DNA of 64,000 nt from contig CAVZZA010000005.1 in assembly GCA_963779615.1 (NCBI GenBank), positions 576,001 to 640,000 of the forward strand. Direction: 5' to 3'. The translations under genes and the position numbers were made by a program. Shown one piece after another: positions 11,419-21,147 of the stretch. The notes under the pieces are model-generated. The model worked only from the letters and a program-made list of their open reading frames with translations. It had not been told where the DNA came from and did not search any database. Source of the DNA: an uncultured Nitrososphaeraceae archaeon. GTDB lineage: Archaea; Thermoproteota; Nitrososphaeria; Nitrososphaerales; Nitrososphaeraceae. Each line of letters starts with the position of its first letter. Position 1 is the stretch's first letter.

Positions 11419-12243
11419 TTAGTTGGGATTGTTCTCATTTGTGAGCGACTCTGGCTTTTCTTCTGGAAAGAGCAAGCGGCTTATTTCGCTCTCTGCCGGC
11501 TGACCATAAAGACCTGGATGTATGTAGTAGCCCCTTTCCTTATCGGGCTTATCTTCCTCAACCTGAACCCTATGAGTATTCGCCCAAGGATCCCTACGTA
11601 TACCAGTCACCTGCCAAGAGACTTTCATGCCTGAAGTCCCTCCTGCAATCTTGAAGCGACTGTTGTTGTTATTGCGGCTACTGCTACTGTAGTCTGTAGC
11701 CGTGTCAGAAATTTCCTTTGCAATATGCAGATTTGGTCCAGGAGCACCCACAGATGTAAGCTGATAGCGAAAATCCTTATTGAGTGCACCAAACCAATCC
11801 GGAAAATCTATTACGGCCTCACCCCTGTCATCCAATGCAACTATGCCATCATAGATGTTCTTCATATCCGGTGAGTCTACAAAGGAGTGGCAAAGATACT
11901 TGTTTGCTGGATCGAGTGGGTGGTCTATCTTGAATGAGCCCCCAGCTTTTGAAATGGAACCAGTTATTGTGACATTCCCGGCTAGGTATGCAGCATGGCC
12001 GCTTCCGCCGTGGGCATACATACCAATGCCGTTGTAGCTGTAGCCATACACACCAATGTATCTATGGCTGGAACCATACACGCCAATATTGCTATCGCTG
12101 TAACCATACACGCCTCTGTTGCCACTGCTGGAACCATGCACGCCACTACGGATATTGCTGTAACCAAACACCCCAATGCCTCCATCGCTTCTGCCAATCA
12201 CGCCATAGCCTTTGCCATCGTCGGCCCCGACTACAGACGACAT
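11419..12243 (-). CDS. Glycine-rich repeat protein with a tail-fibre/adhesin-type C-terminal domain
   Basis: About seven 10-residue G-V-x-G-x-S repeats, then KAGGSFKIDHPLDPANKYL.HS.V.SPDMKNIYDG...YQLT...VSWQVTG.R.DP. Confidence 0.65.
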   Translation of the reverse strand: MSSVVGADDGKGYGVIGRSDGGIGVFGYSNIRSGVHGSSSGNRGVYGYSDSNIGVYGSSHRYIGVYGYSYNGIGMYAHGGSGHAAYLAGNVTITGSISKAGGSFKIDHPLDPANKYLCHSFVDSPDMKNIYDGIVALDDRGEAVIDFPDWFGALNKDFRYQLTSVGAPGPNLHIAKEISDTATDYSSSSRNNNNSRFKIAGGTSGMKVSWQVTGIRRDPWANTHRVQVEEDKPDKERGYYIHPGLYGQPAESEISRLLFPEEKPESLTNENNPN

Positions 12244-12399
12244 ATTAGTGGACCCCCTTCCAACAAACAGGATTTTATGAGATTTGCATCTACTAACTGA
12301 TGTTTAAGAAAATAACTTGCACTTTCCATAAGAAATTCATGAAAATGTAATTATTTAATTCGTTCGTTCGCTTTATGTAAATTTTCATGGATTAACGAA

Positions 12400-12605
12400 C
12401 ACGCTGTTGCTTGCTTTGGCGATCTGGCTTGACATTAATGATACAATATCCAAAGGAGACAAGGTATTGATTCGATGGATAATTATTGGCATATCTAAAA
12501 AAGATATTATCTAGGCGTAAGTGCTGGCATTAAGCCTATAGATCTACTGGTTTTGCCATACATCCTGCCAATGGGGCAATACTAAAGTTCTTTGAGGTGG
12601 TGGTG
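12400..12605 (+). pseudogene. SnoaL-like ester cyclase relic
   Basis: Manual translation across frameshifts: FGDL / DINDTISKGDKVLIRWIIIG / LGVSAGIKPI / STGFAI...NGAIL. This follows the FPD...EGDKV..RW...G...G..PTGK pattern. Confidence 0.5.
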
Positions 12606-12630
12606 GCCAAACCACCATATACCAAAGTAA

Positions 12631-12738
12631 ATGTCATTATGGTTTCTAATATTAGCCGGGCCACAAGGAGATACCGGTGAACAATCTCTACAGGGTGAAA
12701 CAGGACCAATGGGCTTGGTAACGATATCGGCCCTCTAA
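12631..12738 (+). pseudogene. Collagen-like (Gly-X-Y) fragment, 35-aa ORF
   Basis: MSLWFLILAGPQGDTGEQSLQGETGPMGLVTISAL*. Confidence 0.5.
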
Positions 12739-12959
12739 AACAAACTCTTGTTCTTTGGGCAATGTTAAATTATTCAATGATTTGCTTTTAATGGGTGTTA
12801 TCCCAATAATGAAACAGACTATACGCTTATTTGAAGTTGAAATACTACACTATCTGCCGTAAATGGCATTAGTCTTGCTGCAAATCAAAAGATCTTATAT
12901 GACAATTTATCTCCATACTTATATAATTGTCCTACCATGACAAACTACGCCCAACATAA

Positions 12960-14690
12960 GTGGAGAGTCTAAGTCCTGATTATGGTGTTAAGCAAATCTC
13001 CCAAGCAACTGAAATAAAGAATCTTTACTTCGATCTTTTAAAGTCACCTAAAAAGGAAATAATGCTGATTTTGCCTACCAGTAATGCCTTTGAGCGTCAC
13101 GTGCGAATTGGAATATTTGGTTTATTAAGGCAGGTTGAAAGAGAGAAAAACCTCCGGGTTAGAGTTAGGATGCTGGTGCCAGTGGAAAACTTAAAATACA
13201 GTGAGGAAATAGTGCAAGAAACATTTTCTTCAAAAGAAAACTATGAGCAAGATCCCAGTAACAATATCCATATACGGCATATCGCCGAGCAACGGTCTGT
13301 CGACCTACAAGAAACCATCCTGATAGTGGACAGGGAAACCTCCCTCATAATTGAATTGATGGATGACACGAAAGCTGCTTTTGAAGAGGCAATAGGTCTG
13401 GCAACCTACTCTAACAGCAAATCAACAGTGTTGTCCTATGTCTCAATATTTGAAAGCCTGTGGGGGCAAACAGAGATGTATCAGGAGCTAAACCAACTAT
13501 ACAAGCGGCTCCAAGACCACGACAAGATGCAAAACGAGTTTATCAGCATCGCAGCCCATGAACTGAGAACCCCCATACAACCAATACTTGGACTGACCGA
13601 ACTCCTTCTTTCCAGGAAGGTGAACATCGAGCAGGAACAAGAGTTGCTAAACGTCATAATCAGAAACGCAAAAAGGCTGCGAATGATTACAGAAAACATA
13701 CTTGGCGCAACAAAAATTGAGAGTCAGCAGTTAAATGTTGACAAGCAATACTTTGGGTTAAATGACATGATAGCAAATGTTCTTGCAGAGAACAAAAAAC
13801 TGCTGGAAGGTGACAAACAAAGAAAAATAAGGTTAGAACAATCCAGTAATGATGACAACATTGTTGTAAAGGCAGATTCAGAGATGCTAACTCAGGTTGT
13901 TTCGAACCTTTTGGGCAATGCCATCAAATTCACCCAGAGCGGGGAGATATCCGTTAATGTTGCAAAAGACGACGCCGATCAACAGATTACCGTCAGTGTG
14001 ACCGACACGGGTCAGGGCATCGATCCTGAAATAATGCCAAGGCTGTTTTCAAAATTTGCCACAAAATCCATTGCAGGGACAGGACTGGGCCTGTACATAT
14101 CCAAAAGAATCATTGAAGCCCATGGAGGCAAAATGTGGGCTGAGAACAATCCAGATGGAACAGGTGCCACATTCTCATTTACGATCCCAATGGCAATTCA
14201 GCAAGGCCATAAGGAAAGCATGGTTGTCGACACTGTTTCCACCACGAAAAATGGCATTGGGGAAGGGGGAAAGAAGGGAAGTATTCATCATGACGCCCAT
14301 AAGGCAAAAACAAAGCGGATATTTTTGGTGGACGATGACCATGATCACACCATCACATTCAAGCTGGGTTTGGAGCTTGCGGGATTTGAAGTTGATGCGT
14401 ATAACGATTCAGCAGTCGCATTGTCAAAGTTCAGGCCGGACTACTATGACCTGCTGCTAATTGATGTCAAAATGCCAAAGATTGATGGATTAGAGCTTTA
14501 TGAAAAAATAAGGAAGATGGACAATAAGGCTGTGGTGTGGTTTATCACCGCATATGAAACGTATTACAGATCATTAAAAGCAGTCTCACCAACGTCAAAA
14601 GGAGAAATGGGTCCAGGTCCTGTTATTGAAAAACCCATTGAGATAGACAGGCTAGTGAAGCAAATAAAGACAGAGTTGCATCTCAGATAG
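12960..14690 (+). CDS. Soluble hybrid sensor histidine kinase with C-terminal receiver
   Basis: H-box AAHELRTP, N-box NLLGNAIKF, G-boxes DTGQG and GTGLGL. Receiver has VDDD, D in LIDVKMP, T and KP. No TM helix. Confidence 0.93.
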   Translation: MESLSPDYGVKQISQATEIKNLYFDLLKSPKKEIMLILPTSNAFERHVRIGIFGLLRQVEREKNLRVRVRMLVPVENLKYSEEIVQETFSSKENYEQDPSNNIHIRHIAEQRSVDLQETILIVDRETSLIIELMDDTKAAFEEAIGLATYSNSKSTVLSYVSIFESLWGQTEMYQELNQLYKRLQDHDKMQNEFISIAAHELRTPIQPILGLTELLLSRKVNIEQEQELLNVIIRNAKRLRMITENILGATKIESQQLNVDKQYFGLNDMIANVLAENKKLLEGDKQRKIRLEQSSNDDNIVVKADSEMLTQVVSNLLGNAIKFTQSGEISVNVAKDDADQQITVSVTDTGQGIDPEIMPRLFSKFATKSIAGTGLGLYISKRIIEAHGGKMWAENNPDGTGATFSFTIPMAIQQGHKESMVVDTVSTTKNGIGEGGKKGSIHHDAHKAKTKRIFLVDDDHDHTITFKLGLELAGFEVDAYNDSAVALSKFRPDYYDLLLIDVKMPKIDGLELYEKIRKMDNKAVVWFITAYETYYRSLKAVSPTSKGEMGPGPVIEKPIEIDRLVKQIKTELHLR

Positions 14691-14834
14691 GCATCCCTTG
14701 TCAGAGACCTGATTGCATGTGCATATGGGGAACACGCATCGCGGTATTGCCCCTGCTGTTATTGCCCCATACCCAACTATTGATTTCCCGGCCTTTATCT
14801 ATTTTTGAGCCCCAATAAAGTAGTGAAACTGCAA

Positions 14835-14853
14835 CGGGCCCGGAGGGATGTGA
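14835..14853 (-). other. tRNA 3'-end-like fragment (possible att site)
   Basis: Minus strand reads TCACATCCCTCCGGGCCCG, matching a T-loop/T-stem/acceptor strand (T)TCAAAT-CCCTC-CGGGCCC-G with one mismatch. The rest of the tRNA is absent. Confidence 0.3.
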
Positions 14854-15135
14854 TTCAAAAATGAATGGAATCTAAAGGTAGTTGACAGCATGGTGCCTTT
14901 AATAATCTCACCCATTATCTTTGATTGGTAAGTTGGCCCCTAGTGTCGCAGAAACATAACCCCTGCTTATATTGATGAAAGGGTTTACCGATACGGTTTT
15001 GTATATTTTACTCAGGTCATTGTGACATTAGATAGCAGTAGAGACTGATAGACCTTTCAACAGCTCCATACAAAGGGATAAAAAATCAAGGAATCAGGAC
15101 TTTCAAATTCTTTGGCTGATGTATAGGCGTCTAAT

Positions 15136-15260
15136 GTGATTCTAGCCCGTCAGGAAAAGGAAAGTCCTGTAATAAAATTCGCAGAGGCCGGCAAGACCAC
15201 AAGGGACACAGCACAATCGGGTCATGTCTCCCTGATGGATAATGGAAAAAAACATTATGA
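15136..15260 (+). pseudogene. Truncated third member of the HTH/coiled-coil family seen at 24671 and 31949
   Basis: VILARQEKESPVIKFAEAGKTTRDTAQSGHVSL aligns with VITRIQKEKRVIELCEQGKTIREIAEDVHMSF; similarity ends after about 40 codons. Confidence 0.55.
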
Positions 15261-15325
15261 TTTGGGAGTCTTTCATGTGTTTTACGTATATTTTTATATA
15301 CTAGTTTCAATATTTTTTTTTACCG

Positions 15326-17569
15326 GTGTCCAATGCTGGAAATAATCCCAACACACAAAACATAAATGATAACCAAAAGACTGAAGTAATCTACAATGAC
15401 GACAAAATACTTCACAACATCATTGAAATATTTTCATCAACCAATAAATCAATTGATGTCTGCCTGGACAATATAGAACTGTCCATGCATGTTTTAATTG
15501 AACCTCTATGGTATGGATTATGCGATCTAAAAGTAAAAGGTGTAAAGCTAAGGATAGTTACGGAAATGACAAACCAGAACATTTCATTTTGCGAAAAAAT
15601 GATGCAAATCGCGGAAGTTCGTCACATGGATGGCATAAGGAGTAACTTTAAAATTGTGGATGGGAAGAAATGTCTGCTTTACGTAATATCCATGGAGAAC
15701 AGTCCTTCATCCCATGCCATTATAAGCAATGTCAATGAAATGGTAGACTCACATCAACACCTGTTTGAGACTTTATGGAATAAAGCGATACCTGCAGAAC
15801 AAAAGATAAGAGAAATGGGATGTGGACACACACAGGAAAAAACCGAAGTCTCTTTTGGAGTTGAATCATCCACAATAACAATACTAAACATTCTTCATAA
15901 TTCTGAACAAGAAATGAATATTTGTGCAGACAAGAGCTGGCCTTCTGTAGCCATGGGTGTAGAAGTTTTTAGGCTGGCAATGTTTGATATTAGCGACAGA
16001 CACAGTCAATCAAGGTTTATTACTGAAATAACCAAAGACAATATCAAGTTCTGTAAAGAATTACTAAAGGTAGGAAAACTCAGGCATTTGGAGGGAGTCA
16101 AAGGTAATTTTGCAGTTAGTGAAAAAGAGTACATGGCGTCTGCAACAATGAAAGAAGCACAACTACTAGTTCAGGTTATCCATAGTAACGTAAAGGCGGT
16201 ATTAGAATCACATCAATACCTGTTTGAGACTTTATGGAATAAAGCGATACCTGCAGAACAAAAGATAAGAGAAATTGAAGAAGGGATAGAGCCGGTTAGA
16301 ATAGAAGTTGTTAATGACAGCAAAAGAACCAAAAAACTTTACATGAATATGATAGAGAACGCAAGTAATGAAATAATTTTACTCTTTCCTACACCCAATG
16401 CATTTACCAGACAAGAAAATGCAGGCATAATACAATTATTAATACAAGTAGTGAAAAAATACAATGTAAAGGTAAGAATACTTATGCCATCTCCTCCTCC
16501 AACCATGTTAAGCAAACAACAAGATCAAACCCAATCCAAGGATGACTTATCATCGGGCGTCCGCAATTTAGATAGTTTTTTTAGTGTTAGGCATATTCAA
16601 CCAATGGTAGATTCAGACCCAAAATCCACAATTCTTGTCACAGACAAAAAACATTCACTAGTAATAGAACTAAAGGATGACACAAAAAAGACATTTGAAG
16701 AAGCCATTGGATTATCTACCTATTCCAACAGTAAACCGGGTGTATTGTCTTATGTTTCGATTTTTGAAAATTTGTGGTTAGAAACAGAACTATATGAACA
16801 TATTAGAAACGCAAATGAGGATCTTCAAAAAGCAAATGAACAACTAAAAATAAATGACAGAATGCAAAAGGAGTTTATCAACATTGCCGCCCATGAACTG
16901 AGAACACCAACACAAGCCATCTTGTCATTTGCAGATTTATTGCCGTTGTATCCAGACAAAAAAGAACTGGTCATAATGATACAGAGAAATGCTAAAAGAC
17001 TCCAACGATTAATCAAAGATACCTTAGATGTAACAAAAATTGAAAGTCAGCAATTAATAATGAGAAAAGACACTTTCAAAATTCATGATTTAATTTCTTT
17101 AATCGCAGACTACAGGCAACAAACAGAAAAACTAAATACAACAAAGAAAATAAAATTCTTCTGCCAGTTTCCTGAAGAAGAAAACGTTTTCCTTATTGGT
17201 GATAAGGAACGAATATCGGAGGTTATTTCAAACATAATAGATAATGCCATCAAGTTTATTGAAAAGGAAGGGTCTATACACATCCATGCAAAAGTAGAAA
17301 AGAAAGAGAACAACGACAATGATTTTTCCATTAACAATTACGTTTTGGTTAAGATAAAAGACACCGGAGTTGGCATATCTGAAGAAATATTTCCAAGGCT
17401 ATTTACAAGATTTGCCTCCAAGTCCATCAATGGAATTGGCCTTGGTTTGTACATCTCCAGAAGCATTATTGAAGCTCATGGCGGCAAGATATGGGCAGAA
17501 AACAACAAAAATGGCAATGGCGCAACGTTTACTATTAGGTTACCATTATATAGAAACAACAAAATCTAG
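15326..17569 (+). CDS. Soluble sensor histidine kinase with duplicated N-terminal sensor modules
   Basis: AAHELRTP, NIIDNAIKF, DTGVG and GIGLGL boxes. Two related N-terminal modules each end in LFETLWNKAIPAEQKIRE. Confidence 0.93.
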   Translation: MSNAGNNPNTQNINDNQKTEVIYNDDKILHNIIEIFSSTNKSIDVCLDNIELSMHVLIEPLWYGLCDLKVKGVKLRIVTEMTNQNISFCEKMMQIAEVRHMDGIRSNFKIVDGKKCLLYVISMENSPSSHAIISNVNEMVDSHQHLFETLWNKAIPAEQKIREMGCGHTQEKTEVSFGVESSTITILNILHNSEQEMNICADKSWPSVAMGVEVFRLAMFDISDRHSQSRFITEITKDNIKFCKELLKVGKLRHLEGVKGNFAVSEKEYMASATMKEAQLLVQVIHSNVKAVLESHQYLFETLWNKAIPAEQKIREIEEGIEPVRIEVVNDSKRTKKLYMNMIENASNEIILLFPTPNAFTRQENAGIIQLLIQVVKKYNVKVRILMPSPPPTMLSKQQDQTQSKDDLSSGVRNLDSFFSVRHIQPMVDSDPKSTILVTDKKHSLVIELKDDTKKTFEEAIGLSTYSNSKPGVLSYVSIFENLWLETELYEHIRNANEDLQKANEQLKINDRMQKEFINIAAHELRTPTQAILSFADLLPLYPDKKELVIMIQRNAKRLQRLIKDTLDVTKIESQQLIMRKDTFKIHDLISLIADYRQQTEKLNTTKKIKFFCQFPEEENVFLIGDKERISEVISNIIDNAIKFIEKEGSIHIHAKVEKKENNDNDFSINNYVLVKIKDTGVGISEEIFPRLFTRFASKSINGIGLGLYISRSIIEAHGGKIWAENNKNGNGATFTIRLPLYRNNKI
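15759..16275 (+). repeat. 58-bp identical direct repeat inside the kinase gene (15759-15816 and 16218-16275)
   Basis: ACCTGTTTGAGACTTTATGGAATAAAGCGATACCTGCAGAACAAAAGATAAGAGAAAT occurs twice, offset 459 bp. Confidence 0.9.
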
Positions 17570-17595
17570 TATGAACATAAGCAGGAGAAATAAAC

Positions 17596-17979
17596 TTGAA
17601 GAATGAAAACAAGAAAATTTTAATTGTGGATGACGAAACAGACCTCACATTAGCTTTTAAATTGCTTTTGAAACTGGAGGGTTTTGAGGTGGACACTTTC
17701 AATGACCCAGTTTTAGCGTTATCAAAATTCACCTCAAACTATTATGATGTTGCATTTCTGGATATAAAAATGCCAAAAATGGATGGTTTCTCCCTATACA
17801 AAGAAATAATCAAAAGGGATAATAAAGTAAAAGTATACTTCTTAACCGCTAGCGAAGAGTATTATGAAACATTTCGAAAAGAAGAATTTGCAAAAATAGA
17901 CAAGGATTTGTTTATACAAAAACCAATTGACAATCAGGAACTTGTAAAACGAATCTATCAAATTTTAGATCAAAAATAA
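17596..17979 (+). CDS. Stand-alone response regulator (REC)
   Basis: IVDDE, FLDIKMP, LTA and QKP motifs. Confidence 0.93.
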   Translation: MKNENKKILIVDDETDLTLAFKLLLKLEGFEVDTFNDPVLALSKFTSNYYDVAFLDIKMPKMDGFSLYKEIIKRDNKVKVYFLTASEEYYETFRKEEFAKIDKDLFIQKPIDNQELVKRIYQILDQK

Positions 17980-18445
17980 ACGGACTATATATAGTCATAG
18001 ACAACAACAACAAATTTTTTTTCACAAGCCAATATTTTGAAAGATATTTTAACAATATTGACTGTAGGTATTGGGTCTTGGAATTGAGATCTGTCATGCC
18101 GTCTCAAGACCTTTAAAGACTTGCGTCAAAAGCCTACAGACTTTTATAAAAGTAATATTTATACGCAAAGGAGTCTCAAATTGTTTACCAATGCGGCATT
18201 TTTTGCCTAATTTTTGAACTTATTTCCCTAATTTGCATGCTTGATAGCAATCTAGTTATTTGACCTTTGGGTACAAGGCTCTGCAAGGGCAAGGGTTTCA
18301 ACATATTTAATTAGATAATTTGAAGGGATCAGATCGTTTATCAAATATTGGATATTAAACACGCATATCAACAAATGCAATACAAGCAACCCTCACTGCG
18401 ATATCAGTTAACCTGGTTGGAACTACCTCCAAGACCCGGTACGGA

Positions 18446-19540
18446 TTACCGTGTGCCCTTGTCCAGCAAAGACAATAGATCAGAAAGGTGAAACGGTTTT
18501 ACAAGTATCTGGTTATTGTCAACACCACCAATCGAGTCAAGGATGTCCTCTTTAACACAAGCAGAAGGTAGTGTGCTTGTGAAGACAATTTTCTGATCTG
18601 CCTTTCCCATGATGATCTTTTTGGCAACCTGGCTGCATGGGATGTCATTAAGGTGTGTGTCCAAAATAACGATGTCAAAGCCTCCACTCTTGTCCTTGTT
18701 TTTTCCTGCTTCCTTATATGTGGCCTTGAGAATCTCATCCAGGCATTTCTTGCCACCATCAGTAATTACTGCATTGAAGCCCATCGAAGCTAGCCAAATG
18801 CCATACACCTGCTGAAGATCGGGATCAGGCTCCACAACAAGAATCCGCAGTGACGGTGATTCTACCTCAGGCGAGAAAGAAGATGGAACTGATGATAGTC
18901 CTGCATGTTTATTGGGTGTAGATGGACTATAGGCAAAAACACAATCGGCAGTTTCCATAGTTATGCTGTGGTTATGGGAAATCTGATCTCTGTATTGAGC
19001 AAAAGGATGTTTGTTCAAAATGGAGCCAGGATGGGGGCATATAACATTAAGGCTATAACTTTGCTTTTGCTTTTCTTGCTGCTGTTGCTGATCTTGTAGC
19101 CACTGCACATAGGAGTCCTGCCACCATTTCTCCACCATGTCGCATTTTTCAAAATGCTTGTTTCTTGAAAGGTAATCGGCACAGTCGGCAACAATCAATA
19201 CACCTCTGTGATCTCCATTCTCTTTTAGTTCCTGCAGTAATCGCGCCTTGAAATCCTCAAATGGCGTCAAGTCGCCTACTAACGCAGAATCATAAAACGG
19301 TTTCAAATCCACAACCAACAAATTCCCTTTATCGATGTTTTCATTGTAATTATCAACTTGCAAGGATATTTTTTGCAGGTGAGACGAATCCTGGGCATCA
19401 ACAGAGGCATATACGCACAGCTGCTTTTCCTTCAGTCCCTGGTTGATATAATTCACCGAGGCAAGGTTGCGATCAGAATCGCTATTGTATAAAAGCATAA
19501 CATGTTGACTGCGAGAATGGAGTTCAATGGTACCAGACAT
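18446..19540 (-). CDS. MEDS-domain plus receiver-domain protein
   Basis: N-terminal HVMLLY...GL......Y MEDS-like sensor. C-terminal receiver with VVEPD, ILDTHL, FTS and KPF. Confidence 0.8.
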   Translation of the reverse strand: MSGTIELHSRSQHVMLLYNSDSDRNLASVNYINQGLKEKQLCVYASVDAQDSSHLQKISLQVDNYNENIDKGNLLVVDLKPFYDSALVGDLTPFEDFKARLLQELKENGDHRGVLIVADCADYLSRNKHFEKCDMVEKWWQDSYVQWLQDQQQQQEKQKQSYSLNVICPHPGSILNKHPFAQYRDQISHNHSITMETADCVFAYSPSTPNKHAGLSSVPSSFSPEVESPSLRILVVEPDPDLQQVYGIWLASMGFNAVITDGGKKCLDEILKATYKEAGKNKDKSGGFDIVILDTHLNDIPCSQVAKKIIMGKADQKIVFTSTLPSACVKEDILDSIGGVDNNQILVKPFHLSDLLSLLDKGTR

Positions 19541-19938
19541 CTAGCAATATGCGCCTCCGCCTCCGGTATTTGCATTCCAAACATCATGGTGACATTCTTG
19601 CAGCTGCTCTAGTTGCTTTGGGTTCAATGAGTTGATGGATTCAGTTAAAAAGGCGCACACACCAATCAACGGAAGTTCAAACCTTTTGCCCAGCATTGAT
19701 TCACACTTTAGCAAATCCATGGTAAACCCACACTTAAAAAAGGCAGACATGTCACTGAATATTCTGATGGCTCTTTTTCCCTTGGAAATCGCAAGGTCAA
19801 CCATTGCCACAAACATTGCAACGTTTCATCCTCAAAAGTTGGGAAAATGGCAATTGTGTGATGTCCGACTTGGACTGTTTCTGTTCTTTTCCTTGATGAT
19901 GATGACACCAAACCAAATCGATAATTCATATGATACAT
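19541..19938 (-). pseudogene. MEDS-domain protein with internal deletion/frameshift
   Basis: The 5' frame has HTIAIFPTFEDE; the 3' frame has GKRAIRIFSDMSAFF...E......ELPLIGVCA...L.ECH. The middle of the domain appears to be missing. Its TAG directly abuts the ATG of the MEDS-REC gene. Confidence 0.6.
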
Positions 19939-20279
19939 CTAAACTTAAAAAGCTATGTTGAAATGAGGTTTCAGCCTGAAATAATTTTTTTATGGGCATA
20001 AAAAAATGGAAGGCAGAATGACCTGTTTACAGCGTTTTTTCCAAGAAAAATGAATGTTTTGGTGCTGAGGACAACAAAAACACAAATTCGGTCTTTCATT
20101 AGCCCAGATTGGCTATAAAATCTGCTTTATGTGCGTTAACCGTAATTTATAAGACATTTGACCAGTTTGAAAGAAGATGCATCAAACCATATACCCAAAC
20201 AAGTAGATTTTTCAACGGCAGAAACAAAATAGCGAATGTTCTTTCTATTCACTCATCCCCACCCCACCTCTACTCAAAT

Positions 20280-20552
20280 TCATGGCAATAAGGATGCTGA
20301 ATTTCTTTTATCTTTTATGAACTCTATAATAGTATGAACAGGGTCTACGTTGTTCTCATACAAAATTTCCAATAGGTTCAGTGGGTTTTTATGATTAAAA
20401 ATTCGCCGGTTTTTCACAGCGACAAACTCGTTTCTGTATTTACGGTAAAACTCATCATAATTGTCATTAAAATAGTCAAAATCCTTGTCATATTCTCTTA
20501 ACTGTTCTAACTCATTGTTATCAATAACAATACTCTTATCCAATAGTACCAT
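20280..20552 (-). CDS. DUF5678-like small protein
   Basis: F..NYDEF..KY.NEFVAVKN..I.......L...L pattern. Confidence 0.6.
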   Translation of the reverse strand: MVLLDKSIVIDNNELEQLREYDKDFDYFNDNYDEFYRKYRNEFVAVKNRRIFNHKNPLNLLEILYENNVDPVHTIIEFIKDKRNSASLLP

Positions 20553-21147
20553 AGATTAGATCTGTTTAGAAATACTTTTTGACATCAAAAGCTATCACAT
20601 AATACCATTATAAAATTATGCAAAGGAATAATCAATTGTTGTTCACGCAACCATGAAACCACCCTTTAGCCACCAACCACCTGTCCCCTGGCCATTGATG
20701 ACCTCTGTTTGTTACTGTTGTGCAAAAGACCGTTATCTCAATTATAACTCTTTCAGTCTCGCAAGCATTGCATTCGCTATCAACCAAAGTTCAATTTGTT
20801 TTTCATTTTCACTTCACCCTGCAAGCTGATAAAACAGACCTTGTTTGCCTAAGCATAACATACAAGTTCCAAATTTTTCAACAAAGGTAAATCATGCTGA
20901 TTGAAGCTCTTTACAGTATTGTGCATGGTGTCCTGTTTCTTCCTTATTTATATAATGAACGTTCGGGCGCCATTGCTTCAATGAATGATGTTGCCTAATT
21001 CCCACACCATAACGTAAAAAAAGGATATGACGCTTCCTTAAACCCTTTGCTGCCAGATTTGGTGGATTTTATTATTCATGCCCATTTGTTATCATTTTCA
21101 ATATTGGTAAAGGCATATTATTATAGAGCTTGACTTGTTAAAATGAT

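Noticed and set aside
11980-12230. 30-bp periodic repeats (ACCATACACGCC...) as a possible mini-CRISPR
   Set aside because: They encode the GVxGxS decapeptides of the minus-strand gene and have no repeat-spacer structure.
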